The notes under the pieces are model-generated. The model was not told the DNA's origin, did not search any database, and worked only from the letters and a program-made list of their open reading frames with translations. Both the position numbers and the translations under genes were made by a program. This document shows, one piece after another, positions 16,381 through 29,404 of a stretch of 64,000 nt of DNA. Origin of the DNA: the human T2T-CHM13v2.0 reference genome, Homo sapiens; NCBI RefSeq assembly GCF_009914755.1, contig NC_060942.1. The stretch is one strand, 5' to 3'. How positions within the stretch are numbered: position 1 is the first letter of the stretch; each line of letters begins with the position of its first letter.

Positions 16381-17772
16381 GTAATATATTAAATATTATA
16401 TAATATATTACATATACCAATATATTAAATATTATATATTATATATACTAATATGTTAAATATTATATAATATATTATATATACTAATATATTAAATATT
16501 ATATATTATATATACTAATATATTAAATATTATATAATATATTATATAGTATATATATTTGAACTCTTTTATTGTCTATCTTCATGACAAATGGATTATT
16601 AAATTATTACAATGTGACACTCTTCACTCTGGTATATTTTTAATAATTCTCAATAGTCATAATAGCACATATCTCTGTTTTGTTTTTCTTCAGGATTTTT
16701 TTGGATTTTCTTAGGCTTTAGCTGTTCCCAGTATTGTATCTGTGAATACATTTTTTTCATTCTATATTTTGTGCTTCTCCCTTTCAGTTTACCAATTGAC
16801 ATTATACTGAATCATTCTTAGATGACAGAATTTCATATTTATTATTTTCTTGTTTCCAGTTCTTTTGTGGACTTTTTTGCCTTCAATTTGATTTTTGTAA
16901 TTTTCTCTTCTATGTCAGTTGTTTGACTTTTTTTGGTTGTGTTCATTCTATTACTTGTTTATAAACTTTTTTTTTCATTTCCAATGATTACTATTTCCTC
17001 AATTTTCTCTGTTCTTCCCAATCGCTTGTTCTTTTATTTCTTTCTTGAGATTAAATTTTGGAAGGGTACTCCACTTTTTTACTGCATATCCCTCTGACAA
17101 AAAGATGGAGTATTTTCTTCTGTTCCTATTCTTACTACTTTTGCATCCATACTAACTTTTTTCTGTGTTGGCTTGCTTATTTTCTTTCTTATTTTTTTGT
17201 CTTTTAAATTTTTTTGCTTTTCTTTTTTTTCCTTTCTTTTTCAAAAAGCTTTATTGTATGTAGTATATTTAGTACATTTATCTACTTTACATGATGAGTT
17301 TAAAATATTTGCACTTAATATGCAAAGCTTTGCTCAGTCCTTTTACATGATTTATTATTGCAGGTGACTTCTTAATTCCTTTTCCATGGTCTCTGAAATA
17401 TTTTCTCTTCTAAGCTCCAGTATGAAGTTTAAGTATTCCAATACATGCTTCTGCTTTCTGGGTCCAAGACATATTGAGAAGGCCATCTCAGCTGTCCCAG
17501 GGTCCTAACCTTATTCAATAAAATACTTTGTACTAGCTCTCTTATAATTTAGTAAGATATTCTATACCATAGTTATTCTATCTGTATGAGGACAGGGTAT
17601 AAGACGCATTCTCTTTTCTATAGGAAAGGTTTGTGGCCTTAATGAATTTGCTTTAATTTAATTTAATCTGCAATCTTCAATTCTTTTACCCCTCCTTTTT
17701 TCCTTAGCATGATTTTTATTATTCCATAAGATAGGGAAAAATAAAAGCTCACCTGTCCAGTCTACTCACAAA

Positions 17773-19615
17773 TTTTTTTTCTTCAACTTCTAAGTTCGGA
17801 GGTACATATGCAGGATGTGCAGGTTTGTGACATAGGTAAACATGTGCCATGGTGGTATGCCGCACAGATCATCCCATCACCCAGGTATTAAGCCCAGCAT
17901 CCATTAGCAATTCTTCCTGATGCTCTCCCTCCCCCCACCCCCAACCCTCCAAGGCCCCAGTGTGTGTTGTTCCCCTCCATGTGTCCATGTGTTCTCATTA
18001 TCATCCACGTGTTCAGCTCCAACTTATAAGTGAGAATATCCAGTGTTTGGCTTTCGGTTCCTGCATTAGTTTGCTAAAGATAATGGCTTCCAACTCCATC
18101 CATGTCCCTGCAAAGGATATGGTCTCACCCCTTTTTATGGCTGCATAGTATTCCATGGTGTATATGTAGCACATTTTCTTTATCCAGTCTATCACTAATG
18201 GGCCTTTAGGTTGATTCCATGTCTTTGCTATTGTGAATAGTGCTGTAGTAAACATACATGTGCATGTATTGTTATAATAGAATGATTTCTGTTCCTTTGG
18301 GTACATACCCGGTAATGGGATTACTGGATCAAATGGTATTTCTGCCTCTAGGTCTTTGAGGAATCGCCACACTGTCTTCCACAATGGTTGAACTAATTTC
18401 CACTCCCACCAACAGGGTAAAAGCTTTCTTTTTTCTCCACAACCTTGCCAGCATCTGTTTTTTTTTTTTTTTAATAATAGCCACTTTGGCTGGCATGAGA
18501 TAATATCTTATCGTCGTTTTGATTTGTATTTATCTAATAATCAGTGATGTAGAGCTTTTTTTCATATGTTTGTTGGCCGCATGCATGTCTTCTTTTGAGA
18601 AGTGTCTGTTCATGTCTTTGTCCTCATTTTAATGGAGTTGTTTGGTGTTTTTTCTTATTTATAAGTTCCTTGTTTACTAGATTCCGGCTATTAGACTTTT
18701 GTCAAATGAATAGATTGCAAAAATTTTCTCCCATTCTCTAGGTTGTCTGTTCACTCTGATGATAGTTTCTTTTGCTGTGCAGAAGATCTTTAGTTTAATT
18801 AGATCCCATTTGTCAAATCTTGCTTTTGTTGCAATTGCTTTTTGCTTTTTTTGTCATTAAACCTTTGCCTATGCCTTATGTCCTGAATGGTATTTCCTAG
18901 ATTTCCTTCTATGGTTTTTATAGTTTGGGGTTTTAGGTTTAAGTCTTTAATCCATCTTGAGTTAATTTTTGTATGTGGTGAAAGGAAGGGGTGCAGTTTC
19001 AATTTTTTTGCATATGGCTAGCCAGTTTTCCCAGAATCATTTATTAAATAGGAAATCCTTTCCCCATTGCTTGTTTTTGTCAGGTTTGTCGAAGATCAGA
19101 TGGTTGTAGGTTTGTGGTCTTATTTCTGAGTTCTCTATTCTGTTCCATTGGTCTACGGTTCTGTTTGTTCTTGTACCAGTAGCATGCTGTTTTATTTACT
19201 GTAGACTTGTAGTATAGATTGAAGTCAGGTAGAATGATGCTTTCAGCTTTGTTCTTTTTGCATCAGATTGCCTTGGCTATTCGGGCTTTTATTTGTTTCC
19301 ATGTGACTTTTAAAATAGTTTTTTTTCTAATTCTGTGAAGAATGTCAATGATAGTTTAATGGGAATGGCATTGAATCTATAAATTAGTTTGAGCAGTATG
19401 GCCATTTTCATGATATTGATCCTTCCTATTGCTGACCATGGAATGTTTTTTCATTTGTTTGTGTCCTGTCTGATTTTCTTGAGCAGTGCTTTGCAGTTTT
19501 CCTTAAAGAGGTCCTTCATTTTCCATGTTAGCTGTATTCCTAAGTATTTCATTCTTTTTGTAGCAATTGTGAATGGGAGTTCATTCATGATTTGGCAATC
19601 TGCTTGCCTGTTGTT
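17773..19615 (-). mobile_element. L1PA10-13-like 5'-truncated LINE-1
   Basis: 3'UTR ACAGATCATCCCATCACCCAGGTATTAAGCCCAGCATCC. ORF2 fragments at 18013-18384 and 18799-19002. Confidence 0.93.
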
Positions 19616-19619
19616 CGCA

Positions 19620-20500
19620 ATATTTTTTCTGTTTTCTCAGTTTAGATATTGACCTGACTGAATTCACCAATCTTTTCTTCTTTTGTGTCCAGCCTGTGTT
19701 TAAAACCATATATGTATTGATTTCTGAATATTTAATAACATATTTTGATTTTTGAAATGTTCATATAATTCATTTTTATAAATTTCAAATTTTTATTGAA
19801 ACATATCACCCTTTCTTTTATGTTGTTCTACTTTTCCTCAATTTTCTTTTCTATATTAATTGTAGTCACTTAGAAGTCCTTGTCTGCTAATGCCAATATC
19901 TGGACCAGTTGTGGACTGCATTTGTTATCTGTCTTTCATTTTGACTATTGGTCATATTTTCTTTCAACCTTCTATATCTGGTAAACTTTTATTGAATGCT
20001 GAACATCATGTGTAAATAAAACAGATACTTTGATGATATCTTATAATAGAGAAGGTTCTCCCTTTTTTAAATTTGATGCAGAGAAGGTGACAGATAGAGC
20101 ACCTGAATCAACCTAAGCTTCCTCAGTCTAGGAGGAAATTGAGATGGGTCAGAGCTAGGTTGGGACATCGGTAATATTCACTCTACTTTGACTAATCCCT
20201 GATCCTCAAGTTTGACCATCCTGAATACCTGATGGGGAATCACTTCCCATTATAGGAGGCTCATTAGCTCCTTCCTCAAAGAATGAGGAAGATTCAGCTC
20301 TCTGAGAAGTCTGACATTCAAAATCTGGTAAACTCCCTTAATTGACAAAAATGCTGTTTTTCCAAATCATTTCAAGATGCCTGCACGAGTTCTCACTCTG
20401 CCTTTTAGAAATGGTTGGCTTAGTTGTCCAGCTCCTTTCTAGCACCAGAATTCAGCCATGGGGGAGCCAGCCTTGTCTGAGTCTTCTCGAACTTCCTGAT
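19620..20500 (-). mobile_element. Old L1ME ORF1/5' region relic
   Basis: T-rich antisense ORF1-like sequence (GAATTCACCAATCTTTTC...GTCCTTGTCTGCTAATGCCAATATCTG). Confidence 0.5.
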
Positions 20501-21076
20501 TGTCACAGCAGCCATTCAGGTCCCTCTTTGCATACCCTTCACCCTGGCAGATATCACAATAGATTGTTATTGAATAACTCCTTTTTGTCTGCTCCCTAAG
20601 CCGTAAAATTCTTGAAGGCAGAAACTGTCATCCTTTTTCTCTATATTTTCAAATGCCAGGCACAAGGTAGGTATTCTTGTTAATGAATGAAAAATATATA
20701 GTCATTATATCATAAGAATCTTTTATTTTTATGTATTTTGTATCATGATGTTTTATTGACTATATAAGAATAGCTAATCAACTAGATTTGTTAATTATTC
20801 TAATTTTATGAACATTATAGGTAATACTGTAAATGCACATGTTCCTTTACAGGGTTATTATCCTCCTCTATTTGATTAAAGCCAAGGAACAAACCTCAGC
20901 ATTAAAACATATACAATACCTTTGCAAAAAAGACAATGGCAACACCCAGTTTAATCACAAATGCAGTAGTATTAGGTATTTTTTTCATGTCTTATTACTT
21001 ATTAAGTGTATAATTGCCTCTCCATAAAACTTTATTTCCATTTCTTTTAAAGCTATTGAAGAATATCCATATTATT

Positions 21077-21560
21077 AATTTATTTTATTTTTCCTTAATT
21101 AAAAAAAAGTTTTGTGGGTGCATAGCAGGTGCATATATTTATGGGGTAGGTGAGATGTTTTGGTACAAGCACACAAGGTGAAATAAGCACGTAAAGGGGA
21201 ATGGGGTATCCATCTCCTCAAGCGTTTATCCTTAGAGTTACAAACAATCCAATTGCACTATTAATGTTATTTTAACATCTACAATTAAGTTATTATTGAC
21301 TATAGCCACCCTATTGTGCTTCAAATAGTAAGTCCTATTCATTCTTTCAATTTTTTTTATCCATTAACTGTCCTCACCACCCTCACCAGACCCCTACTAT
21401 CCTTCCCAGCCTCTGGCAACCATCCTTCTATTCTCTATGTCCATGAGTTCAATTGTTTTGATTATTTGATCCCACAAATAGTTGAGAACATGTGATGTTT
21501 GTCTTTTTGTGCCTACCTTATTTCACTTCACATAATGGTCTCTAGTTCCATCCATGTTGT
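21077..21560 (-). mobile_element. L1MA2/3-like 3' end
   Basis: ATATATTTATGGGGTA...AATGGGGTATCCATC. TSD-like TCCATATTATT at 21066-21076 and TCTATATTATT at 21561-21571. Confidence 0.88.
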
Positions 21561-22097
21561 TCTATATTATTTTTATATTTGTGAAATATGGAGTCATTTT
21601 TAACTTACTTATTCGAAGTTTATTTCATTTAATTCACATTTATGCAGATCAAAACTGAGAAATAGGACGTATAATTTCCTATAGTGAAATGGAAAGTGTA
21701 CTACCCATGCACTAATCTCATGCCCTTTAGCATATCTTCCTACTTTAAGTTATAATGACATTCCTGCATGTTCAAGGAAAATGAGCAGAAAACCTCACTT
21801 AGAAAGGTTAATGAAAGAAATGATCCATTTCAATTTATATAAATGCCATTGAAAGCATATGGCAAAAGCATAGCATTTGTGAGTGATAATTTTCACTATA
21901 TACAATGTACTCTCAGTGCTTTTCTTTTACTAGCATTCAAGTTTTCATTAATAGTTTATTTCTACAAATGATAGTGCTTCATTAAAATGTAAATACAGAA
22001 CGGAACAGTTGAAAGCAGATCCAATAAACATTGTCCCTTCTTTTTAAACTTACATTGTTATCAGATATATTTTATACTAATTATACACAGTGACTTT

Positions 22098-22317
22098 AGC
22101 TGTGCTGCCTAATTAAATAGTCACTAGCCTTATATAACTATTTACCTCTAAGTTAATTAAAATTAAATAATAATAATGTCTTAAAATTATTTCCTCTATT
22201 GCACCAGCCTCATTTCAAATGTTCAATAGCCAAATGTGGCTAGATGCTACCATATTTAAAACAGTGTGGATACAGAACATTTTCATTATCACAGAAGAGG
22301 TTTTTGGACAGCATTGG
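22098..22317. mobile_element. MER3-like hAT-Charlie MITE
   Basis: GTGCTGCCTAAT...TCAATAGCCAAATGTGGCTAG...TTGGACAGCATTG terminal inverted structure. Confidence 0.75.
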
Positions 22318-22439
22318 CTAGAGTTTTCAAAAGACTGGGGTTAGAATGTTTGCTTTTCTTTGAAAGGTCTGGGTGAAACTAATGAAAATACCTTTGCGTT
22401 AATTGCACTGGTTTCCCTTTAAACACATTTTAGAACAAA

Positions 22440-22625
22440 ATATGGGCTGTGAGTTCGCTTGGAAATTATTTTTCCAACTCATTAATGAGATAAAGAAAGG
22501 TTGTCCCATGGAGGGTTATTATTTGGTGGTAAGCTATTGGTTGGTAAATTAGTGATGAAGCTGGAACTGGTATTCAAGTCCCCTGACATGATGTTGACTG
22601 CTCATTCTACTCTTCTACATTGCTA
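22440..22625 (-). mobile_element. MIR relic
   Basis: TAGTGATGAAGCTGGAACTGGTATTCAAGTCCCCTGAC. Confidence 0.5.
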
Positions 22626-24309
22626 TATTTAAGATTTTTGTTCACTCTTGGTACTTTACCAACTCCAGAGAAACATTGAAGTCAATGACCAAGTTGTCAG
22701 TACCTCAGTGTGCAATCATTGGTTATTGGTCAAATTATGTTACCAGAAGCTATTTCCATTGAGATAGGAAAACAGCAAATTATTTCCAGAGTCAAACTGA
22801 GAATTAAATTTCCTATAGCTGCCATTTTTCCATATAATAATAATTTATATGCTTCCTGCTTATAAACAAGTATAATTCCATGTCTCTAACAGAGCTGAAA
22901 AATAAACATTAATTATAAGTCAGTAGAGAAAAATGACTTTGTTCATCTCATATAATTTGTACTTGTTGCTACCATGGCATAAAACACAACATGTTGGAAC
23001 CATTTGCATGTCTCCCAGTGAGATTGTAAACTTTGAAAAAAATCACTGTATTATCAGAAATTTGTGTGGGCCGTAGTAGATGTTAATTTATAATGAATAT
23101 GAATAAATAAAAAGTGGATGAGTAAATCAATGGTACCACTTACCAATGGTTAGCATGTTTATTTTCTGTCATTCCTATATCTTTAGATCATGTTGGGTGC
23201 TAAAAATATAATGTGGACAATATAACACTTACTTTTAGTTTTCTGGAAATCAGTTTGCTGACCTATATAACAATCTCCATTGGTTTTTAGAGATTTTTGT
23301 AAAACACAGTGTCTTAACTTCATAAAACTCTGGAAGTTGTTAACTTCAAAAACAAAACTAGTCTTGTATAACTCCTATAAGAAGAACTCAGAAGGATAAT
23401 AATAGCACTTATAATTTTGTTAAGGTAAAACTTAAGGCTGTGACAAACAGCCTTGAGTGGAAATCCTTCTAGTAAAGTGCTTGCTAAGGAGTGATTACAA
23501 CTTTCTTGTAATTGTGCTTGAAAGGCTCCTCAGGAAGAGAGCTAGCTGGTTAAAATGGTAATGTCAGGGGAAGTGAAAAGAATCTAATATTTTGAAACAA
23601 CAACCTAGTATGTCATAAACATTTTCTATAAAAATCATGAACTTCATGAGAAGTTTGGGGGTGTTAGAATAGGAAGAGTACATGCACCTAGAAATAATTA
23701 AGGTTAAGAGAATACTCAAATTAATTTCCAAATGATAGCCAAGTTGAAGAACAAATAAAATATATCTCTTGGTTTTGATATCAGAATTACAGAGTTAGGA
23801 AGAACCTTATTAAGTTGTGTATTCCAATCTCTTACGCACAATGAAATTCTTTCCATAACATTTATTCAAAAAATATTTTGAGCTTCTTCTTTGGAACAGC
23901 ACCCTTTTATGTCTAGGGATAATCATAAAGGAGATCACGGAATTTCTAGTCTAGTCATTACAGTCAGATGCTAAACAACATATAGTAAGTTAGGTGCTAC
24001 GCCAGAGTTAAAAAAATAGAGAGTGATGGGTGATGGGTATTCTACATTATGAAAGAGGCTCGAGAAAAGTCTTTTGATAAGCTGATATTTATGCAGGGCT
24101 TTAATTGAAGTGAGAGAACAAGCTATGCAGATAGTTGAGGGAAGACATTCCAGGCAGAAGGAACAGTGAGGACCAAGCCCTTGGGTCAAGATTATAATTA
24201 GTGAATTCTAAGGACAGCAATGGTAGTTGAGAGGTTGGAACAGAATGAAAGTTGGGGAGAATGATAGAAAGTGATGTCAGAGAGTTACTCAGACATGCAA
24301 TGCAATAGC

Positions 24310-25436
24310 TTTTTTTTTTTTTTTTTTTTTTTTTTGCAGTTGCAAGATTTAATAGAGTGAAAACAGAGCTCCCATACAACGGGAGGGGACCCAAAGGGGG
24401 TTGCCACTGCCTGCTCGAATGCCCTGGGTTTATATCCTGATCATTGTCCCTCCCCCTGTGCCCTCAGGCGATAGATGATTGACTATTTCTTTACCTCCTG
24501 CTTTTAGCCTGATTGGTATTTTAGTGAGCCCTTTTTTTAATACCTGATTGGTCGGGTGTGAGCTGAGTTACCAGCCCCGTGTTTAAAGGTGGGTGCCATC
24601 ACCTTCCCCAGCTAGGCTTAGGAATTCTTAGTTGGCCTAGGAAATCCAGCTAATCCTGTCTCTCAGTCCGCCCTCTCAACAGGAAAACCCAAGTGCTACT
24701 GGGGAGGTTGGCTGATGACAGCTCTAACTGCCTCCTGCTGAACTGGGGCGTAGTAGGGGTTGTGCAGTTGAGATTTCCTTGGGAGGGTTGCCTTTGATGT
24801 CATCAACATCGGAGCATGGGCTAGCAGGCTGGCTCAGGGGTCCGTGGTAGATCTTAGTCATGGACTGTATCTGGGGCTCCATTTGAAGAACTATTTGTAG
24901 TTTTCCAGCTTTGATTCTGAAAGAGACAAATTTAACAAGGAGGTTAAAGATACAGGGATTGAAATGTATGGCCTGAAGTACAGGGGGAGGCACATCCAAC
25001 AGTTAGTAGGGTTTTCTCTGAGGCTTCATGGAGCCCAGTGAGGGTGGTATTAAATAGGCTTACCAGGTGAGTATGGGTATGGAAGGTTTCATGTAGTTTT
25101 GAGAGATCTAGTCCTTTGCAGGGGCTGGGGTGCTAATGTACCCAAGTCAGTTGGGAGATGACTTCCTTTACATGTTTTTCTCTTGCCTGATCTTGAACTC
25201 CACCCCCATCAGACATACCGGTATGGGTGAAGTGAATTCAACAGACAGTGGCTGCAAGCCCTCAGGACAACTAGGATTAATTATTTTCCCTGTCCAATAA
25301 TGAGTATTTGCATGCATGCAAAGAGTGGCAGAGTTATAGCAGCTGCGGGGAAATAGGTGTCGGGGGTGCAGTGAAAGTGAAAGGGGTAAGAGAACAGTAA
25401 AGAGAAAAATATGAGAAGGGGGGGCCATGGGGATTA
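24310..25436 (-). mobile_element. HERV-W (HERV17/LTR17) processed retrocopy: deleted env, PPT, U3-R and poly(A)
   Basis: LTR17 start TGAGAGACAGGA at 24665. ATTAAA at 24353-24348, R ends in an A26 tail (24310-24335), and there is no U5. Confidence 0.95.
24724..25428 (-). pseudogene. env: HERV-W env pseudogene (syncytin-1 paralogue) with two internal deletions and frameshifts
   Basis: Peptides MAPPSHIFLFTVLLP, CYNSATLCMHANTHYWTGK, SDGGGVQDQAR (25213-25181) and PCIFNLLVKFVS...QPLLRPSSAGGS* match HERV-W Env. This is not the ERVW-1 locus. Confidence 0.93.
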
Positions 25437-27240
25437 AGACATACTTAAAACATTTTTTAGGACATGTGGCTGTTTTTTAAGACATACTAAGAGCTTTGAT
25501 TGTTATTTTAGATATAATGGTATGTTATCAGAAAGATGTGAACGAAGGACTGGCAAAATTAGATACTTTTTTTTAAAGATTGCCTTGGCTGCTCTGTAGA
25601 GAATAAACTTCAGGGGTCACATGTAAATGCAAGGATATCATTCAGAGAGCATCAAAACAATCCAACCAAGAGATGGTAGTAGGTAGGCCTGGGGTGTTAT
25701 TAGTGTAAGCAATGTAAAGTGGAGAAATGTGGGGAGACAATCCATACTTATTATGCATGTTGAGCATTTGCCGAGAAGAGAAGAATTATGGATGATTGTT
25801 TGATTTTTAGCCTGAACAATTATTATTGGGATTGGAAAAATAGGAGAAGAGCAGGTTGAAAAGATTTAGAGTTTATTTGTGGCATGCTAAATTTTAGGTG
25901 CCTATTAAATATCTAAAAAGTGGAGTTGGAACACAGTGAGATTGTACACAAAGTTGGTCATCTTTGCCTAAACACTTAGAGTCACAGATTTTATTATCTT
26001 TTGAGGTAACCCAATACCCTGAGAGCCAACCCTAATTGTTAAAAAAGTTTATTAAATTGAGCCAAAATTATCTTACTTCTACTTATACCTAATGATTATT
26101 ATTCTATCTCTGGAGGAGAAATGTAAACAAACTTAATCTCTCTTTCATCATATGCTATACAAATTCACAAATAGAACATTTTACCTCATTGATCTTTTTT
26201 TTTTTTTTTTGTCCAGGCTAAGCATCATACTTCTAGTTTTTCCCATCTCAAATGGTTTTCTATTCATGACTGTCTCAAATGAACCAACCCTATTCCCTTA
26301 ACAGATCTTTAATAAATATGAATATCATAACATCTGCCCAGAATTTGATATATGGAGTTTCTTTGTGCATCTTTCCTGGAAATAAATCTACCTTGTAACT
26401 TCTTTCTCTTTCTTTGTCATTGTTGAGCTCATTGTGGTGTGCAGGCCACGTATTTTTTAACTCTCTGCACCATAGTATTCAAAACTATTATAATTGTTGT
26501 TTTTTCTTATTTTATGATTAGCATTTATTTCTAACTTTAAAATTTCTTGGAAGGCCGCCCATCTTTTTTAAGAATACTGTTCTTGTGCAGAGGACTTTTT
26601 AGAAAGAGAAGTATTAGCATGGTTGCCTAGAAACCAAAAAGGCATTCAGAATAATAGGAAGAATAGGGAAATAAATGAAAATATTATCTACAATGACATT
26701 TGATTTAGGTGAGAAAACAGCTGAACTATTTTGTGCAGCCTTGATTTGATGAAACAATCCTCCTTTTGAACAAAGAATGCTCTTTACAATGTGAACTTAC
26801 TTGAAATTAGTCACTGTATTACTCTCATAGTTATATATCTCCATCATAATTACAATGTGACGTTTAAAAATATTTTATTTAGCCATTCTCTTATTTTCTT
26901 TACTATAAAAGTTCATTGTTTCTTCACACATTTTCTTTGTTGTCTGTCTATGTATGAAAAGCTATTCAAAAGTTTTAAGGTATTTAGTTCCAACTATTGA
27001 CTGGCATATTAAATCAATAGTTAAATTTGGAAGAGAGAGGATCTGGTACATAATATTGATAACAGATTAGATCTGTGGCTTAACTCTTTTCCTTTACGCA
27101 TATATTTTAAGATTTTATAATCCAGTGAGTTTGCAACATTTAATGTTAGAAATATGAAATAATATAATGGATACTGCTTGATGAGTTTAGAAGGAAAAGA
27201 GATGCATTTTAATGCCTATTGTTTAAAGCTGTTTTGTGTC

Positions 27241-27792
27241 TGTGAAACAGATAAAGGAGTTAAGAAGGAATTACTTGGGCAGATAGCAAGGGCATGGGAG
27301 TCCTCGGTAAGACATTTCTTTTTAATGAAAAGCAGCCCCAAATAATTTTCTAACAAAGAATACCCTGCAAGCTGGGAGCTTGCACCAATTAATGCCAGCA
27401 GGAACTAAGTACTACATTTTCAAGATGGCGACTTCCCTTCTCTACCAGCCACATGTGCTATAAGGAACAGACAAGATTGCAGGGATCAACTGGAAATCCT
27501 ATTTGCAAAGATTAGGGTGGGGCGACCAGCATTCCCTGCATGCTATGTAAATGGCATACCTGATTGAACCAATCTATGAGCCCTATATAAATCAGACACT
27601 GCCTCCTCAAACTAGTCTTTTCTGCTCAGAGACCCCTTCTTCTATGAAGGAAGCTGTTTCTTTTTCTTTTTCTTTTTCTTCTACTTATTAAGTCTCCGTT
27701 CCTAAACTTTTCATGTGTGTCCATGTCCCAAATTTTCCTGGCACTCGACAACGAACCCCAGGGTATATACTCCAGATAATGTAGCCACTTCA
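27241..27792 (+). mobile_element. MER61-like solo LTR (ERV1)
   Basis: TG...CA ends and GGGCATGGGAGTCCTCGGTAAG...TAATGAAAAGCAGCCCCAAA. Confidence 0.8.
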
Positions 27793-28374
27793 AAGTCACT
27801 CATGCCATCCTTTCAACTTTTAAGTTTCTGCTGAAAAGCAAAGTTACTAAATTTAAAGTTCAGATATATTTAAGGGCAAAGGGTCAAAAAGAACTTTTAA
27901 AGTCTTATAACCTCATAGTATGCATTTTCAGGAGACTGCTCTTTACTCTTAACGTCTTTCTTATTTTTTTCTCTTTCTGATCTCACCTATTCTTGAATTT
28001 TCCCTATTGCCTCTTACACCTGATTTATTCTTTTGTTCTGCAGACAATAAAGAATTTTTAATAGCTGATGTACTTTCATTATCCATTTCTAACTGAAAAA
28101 TTCTACTGAGTAAAGCATCAAACACCCAACAACTTTCGATATGGTAGAGAGGTATATTAAAAACAAAAGCAATTAGTGTGTTTTAAAGAAAATAAATGAT
28201 AAGAAGTAAGTCAAGAAGGATTCTATTAATTAATTTTTATTAAAGCACTAGCTAAAAAGTAATTATGTTATAGAATGATGAAACTAAAAATTTTTAATAT
28301 AATTTAAATTGATAAATTTCAGAGAAAATAGTCCATTCACACACACCGTCTTTCTCTGGCAGATTGTCATTTTC

Positions 28375-29404
<1,030 letters not shown>

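Larger units (their letters stand above)
14790..16558. repeat. AT-rich compound low-complexity/minisatellite block
   Basis: About 1.77 kb of almost pure A/T derived from (TA)n, containing the two arrays listed next. Confidence 0.97.
23860..25940 (-). mobile_element. L2a, split by the HERV-W retrocopy (about 23860-24300 and 25470-25940)
   Basis: GGGAAGACATTCCAGGCAGAAGGAACAG, continuing after the insert as AAGATTGCCTTGGCTGCTCTGTAGAGAATA. Confidence 0.8.
23780..26260 (-). mobile_element. L3/CR1 relic split into about 23780-23860 and about 25945-26260 by later insertions
   Basis: CAGAATTACAGAGTTAGGAAGAACCTT resumes as CTAATTGTTAAAAAAGTT..ATTGAGCCAAAAT...GTCCAGGCTAAGCATC. Confidence 0.55.

Noticed and set aside
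24724-25428. ERVW-1 (syncytin-1) gene
   Set aside because: Only about 700 nt of env remains, with deletions and frameshifts. It retains the LQxV tail segment and has no proviral LTR pair.
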